A stretch of 27,907 bases of DNA, from contig JAITVX010000160.1 of assembly GCA_031285575.1 (NCBI GenBank), forward strand, positions 1 through 27,907. The letters run 5' to 3'. The notes below the pieces were generated by a model. That model was not told the origin of the DNA, made no database searches, and worked only from the letters and a program-made list of their open reading frames with translations. A program made the position numbers and the translations under genes. Source of the DNA: Bacteroidales bacterium. GTDB lineage: Bacteria; Bacteroidota; Bacteroidia; Bacteroidales; VadinHA17. Below, piece after piece: positions 17,883-25,666 of the stretch (position 1 is the first letter of the stretch; the number at the start of each line of letters is the position of its first letter).

Positions 17883-19205
17883 TCAGTTTTTTGCCGGTTT
17901 TACAATATTAATTATCTGGAAAATAATACCTGTTGCTATGATATAGTGTATTGCAAGTCCGGCGCTGTAAATTACAAGTGTTGATATGGCAGTCAGCTGC
18001 ATGAAATATGACAGCAAAAATATTGCAGTTATTATCGACGTCCTTATTATTTCTATTACCAATATTGTATTCTGCCTGTTAAAAACGTTTACAATACCGT
18101 CGCTTATGGGGCTGTAAACAAACTGCATCAGCAGGCAGAACGACAGTATGCGTGCAAAAACTCCGGCCTGAAGCCATGCTTCGCCAAAAATTATTTTGAA
18201 TATCCACGGGCCAGATATAAAGATGATAATGAACGGAATGAAACTGAACAGAAACAGTTTCTTCATTATCGATGCCGTGAGGCTGTATATCTGTTCCGGG
18301 GCCTTGCGCCCTATTGTCGATATTTCTGCATAAAATGCCTTGCCAACAGATGCGCATACAAGTGTAACGGGTATCGACAGCATTGTTACCGATAATGATA
18401 GCTGTCCGGTTATTTCGGCGCCGTATTTCCATGCAAAATAGAGTAACGGCATTTTTGCTGAAAAAACAAGCAGAAAACTCGACGGGAGGCGGTATCGTGG
18501 AAAGTCGATATAATATAAACCTGAAAAACGCAGCAGTGATTTTTTCAAATATCTGATGTTCTGCCTGAAATCGGCAATAAATGTACGCAGGAGATATATT
18601 ACTCCACCCATTTGCGTCAGCATTTCGCCGGCAAGCAGGCCAAACGGCTTCAGTCCGCACAGTCCGAGCACTATTTTACCTGTTGCCCCGGCAAGTTTCT
18701 GTGTTACTTTTGTGCGTGCAATTGCAGCAAACTGTTTTTTGCGCAGCGCCCACTGCGTAAGTATTTCATACAGACCAACAGCAAAATATGCTATGGGTAT
18801 TATATACCAGTATCTGTGTATTTGAATGGCCGACAGGTTTGAGAGAAGCAGCTTTCCGCAGAACGGGTATATTGCAAAGATTAATACTGTTGTTCCGCAC
18901 AGAATAATGAATGAAAGCGCCGTTAGATTGAATGACATGCGGTCGTTTCGCGGCAGCGGAATTGCCGTAGAGTATCTCAGTGTTGAAAATGGAGCCATTA
19001 AGGCAAGCAGTGAAACGAATACCGACAGAATGCCCATCTGCTCCGGTAAATAAATGCGGGTAATAATTGGAGTTGTTATAAACCCTATTACGCGGGCAAT
19101 GCCATCTCCTGCAATTAATTTTACTATATTTTTAAGGATGCTTCTTTCGGCCTTATTGTCAATAGAGCGTTTCAGTTTGTTTTTTATTTTTACAGAAAAC
19201 TGCAT
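17883..19205 (-). CDS. wzx: Oligosaccharide flippase (Wzx)
   Basis: TPIITRIYLPEQMG, LRYSTAIPLP, multiple TM helices, YIDFPRY motif; directly follows wzc. Confidence 0.88.
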   Translation of the reverse strand: MQFSVKIKNKLKRSIDNKAERSILKNIVKLIAGDGIARVIGFITTPIITRIYLPEQMGILSVFVSLLALMAPFSTLRYSTAIPLPRNDRMSFNLTALSFIILCGTTVLIFAIYPFCGKLLLSNLSAIQIHRYWYIIPIAYFAVGLYEILTQWALRKKQFAAIARTKVTQKLAGATGKIVLGLCGLKPFGLLAGEMLTQMGGVIYLLRTFIADFRQNIRYLKKSLLRFSGLYYIDFPRYRLPSSFLLVFSAKMPLLYFAWKYGAEITGQLSLSVTMLSIPVTLVCASVGKAFYAEISTIGRKAPEQIYSLTASIMKKLFLFSFIPFIIIFISGPWIFKIIFGEAWLQAGVFARILSFCLLMQFVYSPISDGIVNVFNRQNTILVIEIIRTSIITAIFLLSYFMQLTAISTLVIYSAGLAIHYIIATGIIFQIINIVKPAKN

Positions 19206-21665
19206 CTATTCTTCATCATTATTATAGTATGACTTATTGCCCTTATTAAACCCATACTTTGTTGAGGTGTAGTCTCCATACAAACTGTACCCGTACGAGT
19301 ATCCCCTGTATTTCATTGTATAGCCGTATCTTAATCCATACCCATAATACCCCGAAAGGCTGATATCGTTTATGATAATTGACAGGTTTTTAAACTTTTT
19401 AGTCTGGTAAAATTCCTGTATCAGGTGCAGGGTGTCTTTTGTTGTATATCGCTGCCTCACAATAAAAAGGTTTATGTCGGCATAGCGCGAAACAAGCAGG
19501 GCGTCGGTAACAACGGCAATTGGCGGGGTGTCGATAACCACATAATCGAACCGTTTTCTGGCCTCGTTAATAAACTCAAGCATTCTGTCAGACGCTATAA
19601 GTTCAGCCGGGTTTGGCGGTATGGGGCCTGATGTAGCAAGCCAGAGGTTGTTTATTCCCGTTTCCGTTATCGATTCATCAAATTCTGCCTTGCCGCTAAG
19701 GTAAAGGCTCATCCCGGCGGCGTTATCGGTATCGAGAGCTTTATGTATTTTAGGCTTTCTTAAATCGAGGCCTACGAGCAATACTTTTTTGCCAAGATTG
19801 GCAATTATCAGAGCCAGGTTAACCGAAATAAACGACTTGCCTTCGGAACTTACCGTTGATGTAATTGAAATAACCGGGTTTCCTGTGTCGGTCAGAAAGA
19901 AATCGAGGGCCGTCCTCACGGCCCTGAACGACTCCGCAAGCGTTGACGACGGTTTTACGGCAACCGGAATGTCTGTCTTGTACTCATTATGGCTTATAAA
20001 ACCGAGTATTGGCGCTTTTGTAATCCGTTCAACATCTTTTTTATCAATAATTTTATTATTCAAAGCATTCAGAACAAGTATTATTATTGCCGGTATCATA
20101 AATCCCAATATGGCGGCCAGCAGGTAATTCCTCAACTGCGTAGGCTTAATCTGAACAACATTCTGCACACCGGCATAATCGACCACCTTGTTGTCGGAAA
20201 TATTTGAAGCCTCGGTTATTTTTGCCTCGGCTCTTTTCTCAAGCAGGTAGTTGTATATTGTATTGTTAAGGTCGAACGTGCGCTGAATCCTTATATACTG
20301 TTTTTCAGTATCGGGAAATCTTTCCAGGGCCGCTTCTGTTTCGCCGAGCTTGGTATTGAGCTCGGCAACCGACAGCTCGATACCCTGAAGGTTGCTTTTA
20401 ATGTTTTCCTTCAGCGACTCCTTGCCGGCGGCAATCCTGTCGTCGAGCATGCCTACTGCCGGCTGGTTGGCAATCAGATTAAGGTTAAGCTGCGAATGCT
20501 GAAGCTGAAGTGTGCGAAGCTCGGTAATAAGCCTCTCGAGCACCGGGTCGTTAATGCCCATTACCGACGGAGCAACTATGTCGCCCATCTGGTTTTTGGC
20601 GTCGAGATAGACTGATACATGGTCAAGGTACTGTTTTTTAAGCAGCAGTGCGAATTTGTCTGTTTCAAACTTTTCAAGCCTCGCCTTTATCGACGAGCCT
20701 TCATTAGAGATATCTATAAGCCGGTTGCTGCGGCGAAAAGCCTGCAGGATATCCTCGGCTTTTCTTAACGAATCGGTTATTATGTCAAGCTGCCCGTCAA
20801 TAAATACTACTGTCTGTTCCGACGTTTTGTTCTTCTCGTTCAGCCCGCGCTTTATGTATAAATCCATCAGTTTGTTCAGGTAATCTATTTCCTGCATCGG
20901 AGCATGTCCGACAACCGAAAGGATAACAAGCGACGCTTCCTCGTCGATAGGATTCACGGCAAGCTTGCCCAGATATTCATTGGCCACAGCATCGGGGGCA
21001 ACAAACCTGAAGCTGTATTTTCTCGACGCTGGCTCGTTAATGCCGGGCACATAGCTGTTTCTGCGTAAAATAAGAATTTCAAACGCATCCTGTTCATCGA
21101 CATCGAACACAGCAGACGGCAGTGTGTCGCCATATACGCCGGCAAAAGTGTTATCGTTATACGACACGGTATAATTTTCGCTGCCATTTACAGCAATTTC
21201 AAAAACGCCGCCGGGCATCCGTCCCGACACATGTGCGGCGGTAAACGGAGTGTTTTTATACACCTGCTGCTCGGCAATACCGCGCCTGCCTATCATTGTA
21301 TATTCAATGCCGAACTCGGGCAGCGAATCGACAACCTGCCTGTTCAGATGAAACGACTTCAGTATGCCTATCTCATTCCGCAGGTTCTGGTTCGACCGCA
21401 GCATTTCCCTGCCGGGAAAGATGGGGCTCATTTCGCTGTATCCGCCAAGGCTTTCATCTTTTATAAGTATCGACGAGCTTGCCCTGAAAAGCTTCACTGA
21501 ATATCTGTTGAACCCGTAGGCAACAGTAGCTGCAACAAACAGCGCAATGACAAACCAGTGCCAGTTGCTGACAAACAGTGAAACATACGACTTGATGTCC
21601 ATTGTATCATCTTCATCGAAAATCGACCGGTCGGCATTCACACTGTCAAAATCAAAATTGTTCAT
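19206..21665 (-). CDS. wzc: Polysaccharide co-polymerase / BY-kinase (Wzc)
   Basis: Two TM segments flanking a coiled-coil domain, ESFRAVRT, Walker A STVSSEGKS, DLRKP, Walker B VVIDTPP, C-terminal Tyr cluster. Confidence 0.95.
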   Translation of the reverse strand: MNNFDFDSVNADRSIFDEDDTMDIKSYVSLFVSNWHWFVIALFVAATVAYGFNRYSVKLFRASSSILIKDESLGGYSEMSPIFPGREMLRSNQNLRNEIGILKSFHLNRQVVDSLPEFGIEYTMIGRRGIAEQQVYKNTPFTAAHVSGRMPGGVFEIAVNGSENYTVSYNDNTFAGVYGDTLPSAVFDVDEQDAFEILILRRNSYVPGINEPASRKYSFRFVAPDAVANEYLGKLAVNPIDEEASLVILSVVGHAPMQEIDYLNKLMDLYIKRGLNEKNKTSEQTVVFIDGQLDIITDSLRKAEDILQAFRRSNRLIDISNEGSSIKARLEKFETDKFALLLKKQYLDHVSVYLDAKNQMGDIVAPSVMGINDPVLERLITELRTLQLQHSQLNLNLIANQPAVGMLDDRIAAGKESLKENIKSNLQGIELSVAELNTKLGETEAALERFPDTEKQYIRIQRTFDLNNTIYNYLLEKRAEAKITEASNISDNKVVDYAGVQNVVQIKPTQLRNYLLAAILGFMIPAIIILVLNALNNKIIDKKDVERITKAPILGFISHNEYKTDIPVAVKPSSTLAESFRAVRTALDFFLTDTGNPVISITSTVSSEGKSFISVNLALIIANLGKKVLLVGLDLRKPKIHKALDTDNAAGMSLYLSGKAEFDESITETGINNLWLATSGPIPPNPAELIASDRMLEFINEARKRFDYVVIDTPPIAVVTDALLVSRYADINLFIVRQRYTTKDTLHLIQEFYQTKKFKNLSIIINDISLSGYYGYGLRYGYTMKYRGYSYGYSLYGDYTSTKYGFNKGNKSYYNNDEE

Positions 21666-21697
21666 TATGTAATATGTGTGTGCGGTTTAAAAGTCGG

Positions 21698-22492
21698 CTA
21701 TTTGAAATAGTTAAGCAGCAGCAGCGTAACGGTTACGGCCGACGTTACCGAAGTGAGTGCAAATGAAAGCGTGGGCAGGTTAAGGTTGAATATTTTCTTG
21801 GGGCTTGCCTGAACTATCACAACATCGTTGGGCAGCAGAAAATACGCCTCGCTCGACAGAATATTCTTATCCTGCAGGCTTAGCCTGAACGTCTTCGTGC
21901 CACCGTCAACAGACCTCACAACGAGAATCATGTTTCTCTTGCCGAAATCGCTTATGCCGCCGGCCCGGCCTATTGCCTCCAGAACCGTCAGGTAATTATT
22001 GTAATTAATATATGAGCCGGGAATCCTAACCTCGCCTATAACCGTAAACTTAAAGCTCAGCAGCTTGCACTCAACGGTTGTGTTGCGGAAAACGCCGTCA
22101 ACAGCCAGCTGAATCTTCCGGCCGGCCTCCTCGAGTGTAATTCCGGCCACCTCTATGCGTCCTATGGCGGGCAACGATATGAAACCTTCAGAATCGACAT
22201 TATAACTGTAAACAAAACCTCCCGACTCCGACTGGATAACATTTACATTTGAAATACCTCTGTTTGTTGAAAGAAAATCGGCAATATAACCGTCGGGTGT
22301 CATGGCCCTTGCAGTTATGTACAGCATGTCGCGCGGCTGAAGCCTGTACTCGGGAACCGACATCGCAAACATCTCCTCACCGCCCGTTTCGGGCAGATTG
22401 CGCAGATAGGCCAGCTCTTTCTGGCTCGTACACGAACCGAGAAACAGCACCGCAACAGTAAAATAAACAGCACTCTTCATATTAATATTCAT
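21698..22492 (-). CDS. wza: Polysaccharide export outer-membrane lipoprotein (Wza/Poly_export)
   Basis: Lipobox LFLGSC, YRLQPRD, VDSEGFISLPAIG, VIGEVRIPG, LEAIGRAGG. Start reassigned to 22492 (or 22480) so that the signal peptide is N-terminal. Confidence 0.9.
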   Translation of the reverse strand: MNINMKSAVYFTVAVLFLGSCTSQKELAYLRNLPETGGEEMFAMSVPEYRLQPRDMLYITARAMTPDGYIADFLSTNRGISNVNVIQSESGGFVYSYNVDSEGFISLPAIGRIEVAGITLEEAGRKIQLAVDGVFRNTTVECKLLSFKFTVIGEVRIPGSYINYNNYLTVLEAIGRAGGISDFGKRNMILVVRSVDGGTKTFRLSLQDKNILSSEAYFLLPNDVVIVQASPKKIFNLNLPTLSFALTSVTSAVTVTLLLLNYFK

Positions 22493-22662
22493 AAAATACA
22501 CCTCAGATAACTGCTGAAAAAACTTCCTGCCAACCAGCCTCGGCAAGCTGCAGAGCATCACTTCCCGGTATGCTCGCGCGGCGTCGGCCACATCAAAAAC
22601 ACAGGCAACCAACAACTTCGCTGCAAACACCGGAACCCGGAAACCACAGCTACGGCGGCCAG

Positions 22663-22694
22663 CAAAGTTATACTATTGGCAGTCCATAACCAAA
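22663..22694 (-). promoter_or_regulatory. Bacteroidota sigma-A promoter of the polysaccharide operon
   Basis: Minus strand TTTG (22694-22691), 20-nt spacer, TAACTTTG (22670-22663): a full match to the -33/-7 consensus. Confidence 0.75.
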
Positions 22695-22744
22695 TTGTTG
22701 AATAGATTTCAATAATACCGGCAGTAATTACATACATTTACACC

Positions 22745-23740
22745 ATGAAAAAACTCCTGCCCGCACTCTCGCTCCCCCCCTCCCCTGCCGCCGACAGCCG
22801 GCAACTTGCCGAAATGCTCAGGCAGGTAACAGACTGGCCGGCGCTCGTAACGCTCATAAACGCACACGGAGTAATAGCCCTCGCTGCAGCCAATATAACT
22901 GCTGCAAGCCTCACACACATGGTGCCGCCAGAGCAGATGGCAATGCTGCGCAACGGTCTGTTGCAAAGTATCGTACGCAATACATGGCTGGCTCAACAAT
23001 GGGAAGAAACAAACCGGATACTGCTGGCCGGCGGAATAAAACACATACTGCTGAAGGGGATGGTGCTCGAACATACAGTGTATGGCGCCGCAGGACTGCG
23101 CCAGATGTCGGACTGCGACATGCTTGTAGAACACCGTGATGCACGCCGCGCATGGAACCTGCTGTGCAGCCACGGTTTCCGCCCTCTCGAAATGAAATCG
23201 CCACTGCACCGGCGAATAATGTTCAGCACAAGACACCATTTGCCGGCACTCGTAAAAAACGGATACCCGGTTGAAATACACACAGAACACAACCTGCCGT
23301 TACTGACGGCCGACCCCGAACACGGGCTGCTGCACCACTGCGAACAGTTCACCGTAAACGGCGTACCGGCGCTGAAGCTGAAAGACCCGCTCCACATCGC
23401 CTTCCTGCAGCAGCACTTCAACCACCACGCATCAAACGGCGAATGTCAGCTGCGCACCTTCACCGACCTCTGCCTGCTCGACCCCGGTACACCACGCATA
23501 TTCCCACAGGCATTCATGTGCAACCCCATACAGACACACCTGATGGCCTTCCGCAAGGCAGCCTGGTGCCACACGCTGTCGTCAATGCCCCCGCTGACAA
23601 AACTGCTGTTTATAGCCGGCGACATATTCCCCACCATGGCGTGGATGAAAAAACGGTATCGCTGCTCAACCCCGCAGGCAATACTGAAATACCCCGCCCG
23701 CGCAGGCAAGCTGTTGTGGCTGCTGCAGGGCACTGTATAA
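22745..23740 (+). CDS. Nucleotidyltransferase family protein (NTP_transf_5-like)
   Basis: ILLKG..L...VYG..GLRQMSDCDMLV, followed by HHLP...VEIH; divergent from wza. Confidence 0.85.
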   Translation: MKKLLPALSLPPSPAADSRQLAEMLRQVTDWPALVTLINAHGVIALAAANITAASLTHMVPPEQMAMLRNGLLQSIVRNTWLAQQWEETNRILLAGGIKHILLKGMVLEHTVYGAAGLRQMSDCDMLVEHRDARRAWNLLCSHGFRPLEMKSPLHRRIMFSTRHHLPALVKNGYPVEIHTEHNLPLLTADPEHGLLHHCEQFTVNGVPALKLKDPLHIAFLQQHFNHHASNGECQLRTFTDLCLLDPGTPRIFPQAFMCNPIQTHLMAFRKAAWCHTLSSMPPLTKLLFIAGDIFPTMAWMKKRYRCSTPQAILKYPARAGKLLWLLQGTV

Positions 23741-23807
23741 CCGACACAGGGCAAACGTACGAAATTTTATGCGGCAGGCTTAGAATAGATCCAAACAGAC
23801 CCGCTTA

Positions 23808-23849
23808 GAGGTGCACGATTGGTCCTCCGAGGTGAACGATTGGTCCTCC
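23808..23849. repeat. 21-bp tandem duplication GAGGTG(C/A)ACGATTGGTCCTCC
   Basis: Copies at 23808-23828 and 23829-23849 differ at one base. Confidence 0.85.
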
Positions 23850-23875
23850 GAAGAGGCGACGCCAATGCCATAAGT

Positions 23876-23914
23876 GCAGAAACCGGAGTTGCCTGTGGCA
23901 ACTCCGGTTTCTGC
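23876..23914. repeat. Perfect 18-bp inverted repeat (hairpin); possible terminator or REP-like unit
   Basis: GCAGAAACCGGAGTTGCC-TGT-GGCAACTCCGGTTTCTGC; no clear U-tract on either side. Confidence 0.75.
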
Positions 23915-24094
23915 GGCCGGCTGCCTCCAATGCCGCCCTTGAATGTTCCGGCGAAACGTTTCTTCAGTTATTCATAACCTCACAACTGGTGAAGCGGAAC
24001 AGTGTCGAAATCTTCCCAACTGCCTCGACAGGCGGAGTCTGCGCAATTTCCGGATGAAAATCAAATTACATTTTATATTCCGTACACTTTCCGT

Positions 24095-24102
24095 TACTTT
24101 TG
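24095..24102 (+). promoter_or_regulatory. Putative -7 promoter element for the Fsr-like MFS
   Basis: TACTTTTG matches TAnnTTTG, 16 nt upstream of ATG 24119. Confidence 0.6.
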
Positions 24103-24118
24103 CGCCCCAAAATCGGAA

Positions 24119-25312
24119 ATGGAAAAGAGGGACAATAATAATATTACTTACACTATTTTGCTGTCGCTGAGTTTAACGCATTTTATGAACGATGCGTTTC
24201 AGTCGGTGCTGTCGGCAGTGTACCCTATTTTAAAGGACAATCTGCTGCTGAAATTCAGCCAGGTGGGACTGATTACGCTTGTTTATCAGATATGCGCATC
24301 GGTGTTTCAGCCCGTATTCGGCTTTGTGTTCGACAAAAAGCCAAGCCCGTGGTATCTGGTTGCAGGCTCGGCATCGACCTGTGCAGGGCTGTTTTTTCTG
24401 GCTTATGCCGATTCGCTGTTTCCGGTGCTGGTGGCGGTTGCAATCATTGGCCTGGGTTCGTCGATTATTCATCCCGAAGCATCGCGCCTGACGCACAAGG
24501 CTTCGGGCGGGAGGCACGGACTGGCGCAATCCATCTTCCAGGTGGGCGGCAATCTTGGCAGTTCGCTGGGGCCGCTGCTTGTTGCGCTGATTATTGCGCC
24601 GTACGGACAGCGCTACATTGTGTTTTTTGCCTGCGCCGCCTTTGTTGCAATTTTTATGAAGTATCACATTTTTACATGGTACGGCAAAATGCTGAAACGC
24701 ATTAAAACCGGCACCGAACCGAAGGCTGCCGTTAAGGCAAACCTGCTGCCGCGCAAAACAGTTGTGTTCTCGCTATGCATACTGCTCATACTTATTTTTT
24801 CAAAATACGTGTACATGGCAAGCCTCACCAACTTTTATACTTTTTATTTGATTGAAAAGTTCGGCGTAACCATTCAGCACTCGCAGTTTTACCTGTTTGC
24901 ATTTCTGTTTGCCATGGCGCTGGGTACCTTTGTTGGAGGGCCGGTTGGCGACCGCATTGGCCGGAAGTATGTTATATGGGTGTCTATTCTGGGCACTGCT
25001 CCCTTCACACTGCTGCTGCCGCATGTTAATCTGTTCTGGACGTGCGTTCTTACTATATTTATCGGGTTCATACTTTCGTCGGCCTTCTCGGCAATTCTGG
25101 TGTATGCGCAGGAGCTGATGCCCTCCAAGGTAGGATTGCTGTCGGGGCTGTTTTTCGGTACAGCCTTTGGCATTGCCGGCATAGCGGCGGCGGTGCTTGG
25201 CAACATTGCCGACGTGCGCGGCATCGAATATGTGTATCAAATATGCGCCTTCCTGCCGTTGCTGGGCATTGTAACGGTGTTTTTACCCAACGTGCGGTTA
25301 AACAGAAAATAA
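24119..25312 (+). CDS. fsr: MFS transporter, Fsr (fosmidomycin resistance-like) family
   Basis: HFMNDAFQS, QICASVFQP, HPEASR, GGRHGLAQSIFQVGGNLGSSLGP, GGPVGDRIGRKYVIWVSILG. Start taken at ATG 24119, downstream of the -7 box. Confidence 0.85.
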   Translation: MEKRDNNNITYTILLSLSLTHFMNDAFQSVLSAVYPILKDNLLLKFSQVGLITLVYQICASVFQPVFGFVFDKKPSPWYLVAGSASTCAGLFFLAYADSLFPVLVAVAIIGLGSSIIHPEASRLTHKASGGRHGLAQSIFQVGGNLGSSLGPLLVALIIAPYGQRYIVFFACAAFVAIFMKYHIFTWYGKMLKRIKTGTEPKAAVKANLLPRKTVVFSLCILLILIFSKYVYMASLTNFYTFYLIEKFGVTIQHSQFYLFAFLFAMALGTFVGGPVGDRIGRKYVIWVSILGTAPFTLLLPHVNLFWTCVLTIFIGFILSSAFSAILVYAQELMPSKVGLLSGLFFGTAFGIAGIAAAVLGNIADVRGIEYVYQICAFLPLLGIVTVFLPNVRLNRK

Positions 25313-25442
25313 GCTTACCTGACCTGTGTATTTCTTATTCTGCTGTTTTCATGTTCTTCCCGATTGACTGTCTTCTGTTCTTTATGGCACTCCGGTGCAA
25401 GTTTAGTTCTTATACCGTAAATATATATCAGGCTTTATATAT

Positions 25443-25606
25443 TAGACTTCTTCGGAAAATAGAACTTCAATACCATGTTCGTCATTGCGAACGCAGTGAA
25501 GCAATCCAGAAAATGAGTACCACATGGATTGCTTCACTGCGTTCGCAATGACGATGCTGAATACTGCGTTTGAAACAATATACTGCATATTTTCCGAAGA
25601 AGTCTA
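25443..25606. mobile_element. MITE-like element (copy 2) with perfect 19-bp TIRs and the same 76-bp REP core
   Basis: TAGACTTCTTCGGAAAATA (25443-25461) and its exact reverse complement (25588-25606); core 25479-25554 is identical to 16597-16672. Confidence 0.85.
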
Positions 25607-25643
25607 TTATGTTACCGAAAGAGAAACGGTATCTGATTTTTTT

Positions 25644-25651
25644 TATATTTG
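25644..25651 (+). promoter_or_regulatory. Putative -7 promoter element for the amino-acid permease
   Basis: TATATTTG, 15 nt before ATG 25667; no clear -33 box seen. Confidence 0.5.
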
Positions 25652-25666
25652 TAAAAATAAATCATT

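Noticed and set aside
22493-22630. 46-aa N-terminal extension of Wza from the ORF track
   Set aside because: It would bury the lipoprotein signal peptide; the region is better explained as 5' UTR.
22630-22745. Invertible (Mpi-type) capsule promoter
   Set aside because: No pair of inverted repeats flanking the -33/-7 boxes was found, only a short TTGAA/TTCAA stem beside them; no recombinase nearby.
12022-23740. Lasso-peptide cluster (AsnB-like cyclase plus nucleotidyltransferase)
   Set aside because: No PqqD/RRE, B2 peptidase or precursor peptide seen; the two genes are 9 kb apart on opposite strands, and the AsnB-like gene overlaps polysaccharide genes on both sides.
24002-24118. Upstream start of the Fsr-like MFS from the ORF track
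   Set aside because: The extension spans the TAnnTTTG promoter box; ATG 24119 fits better.
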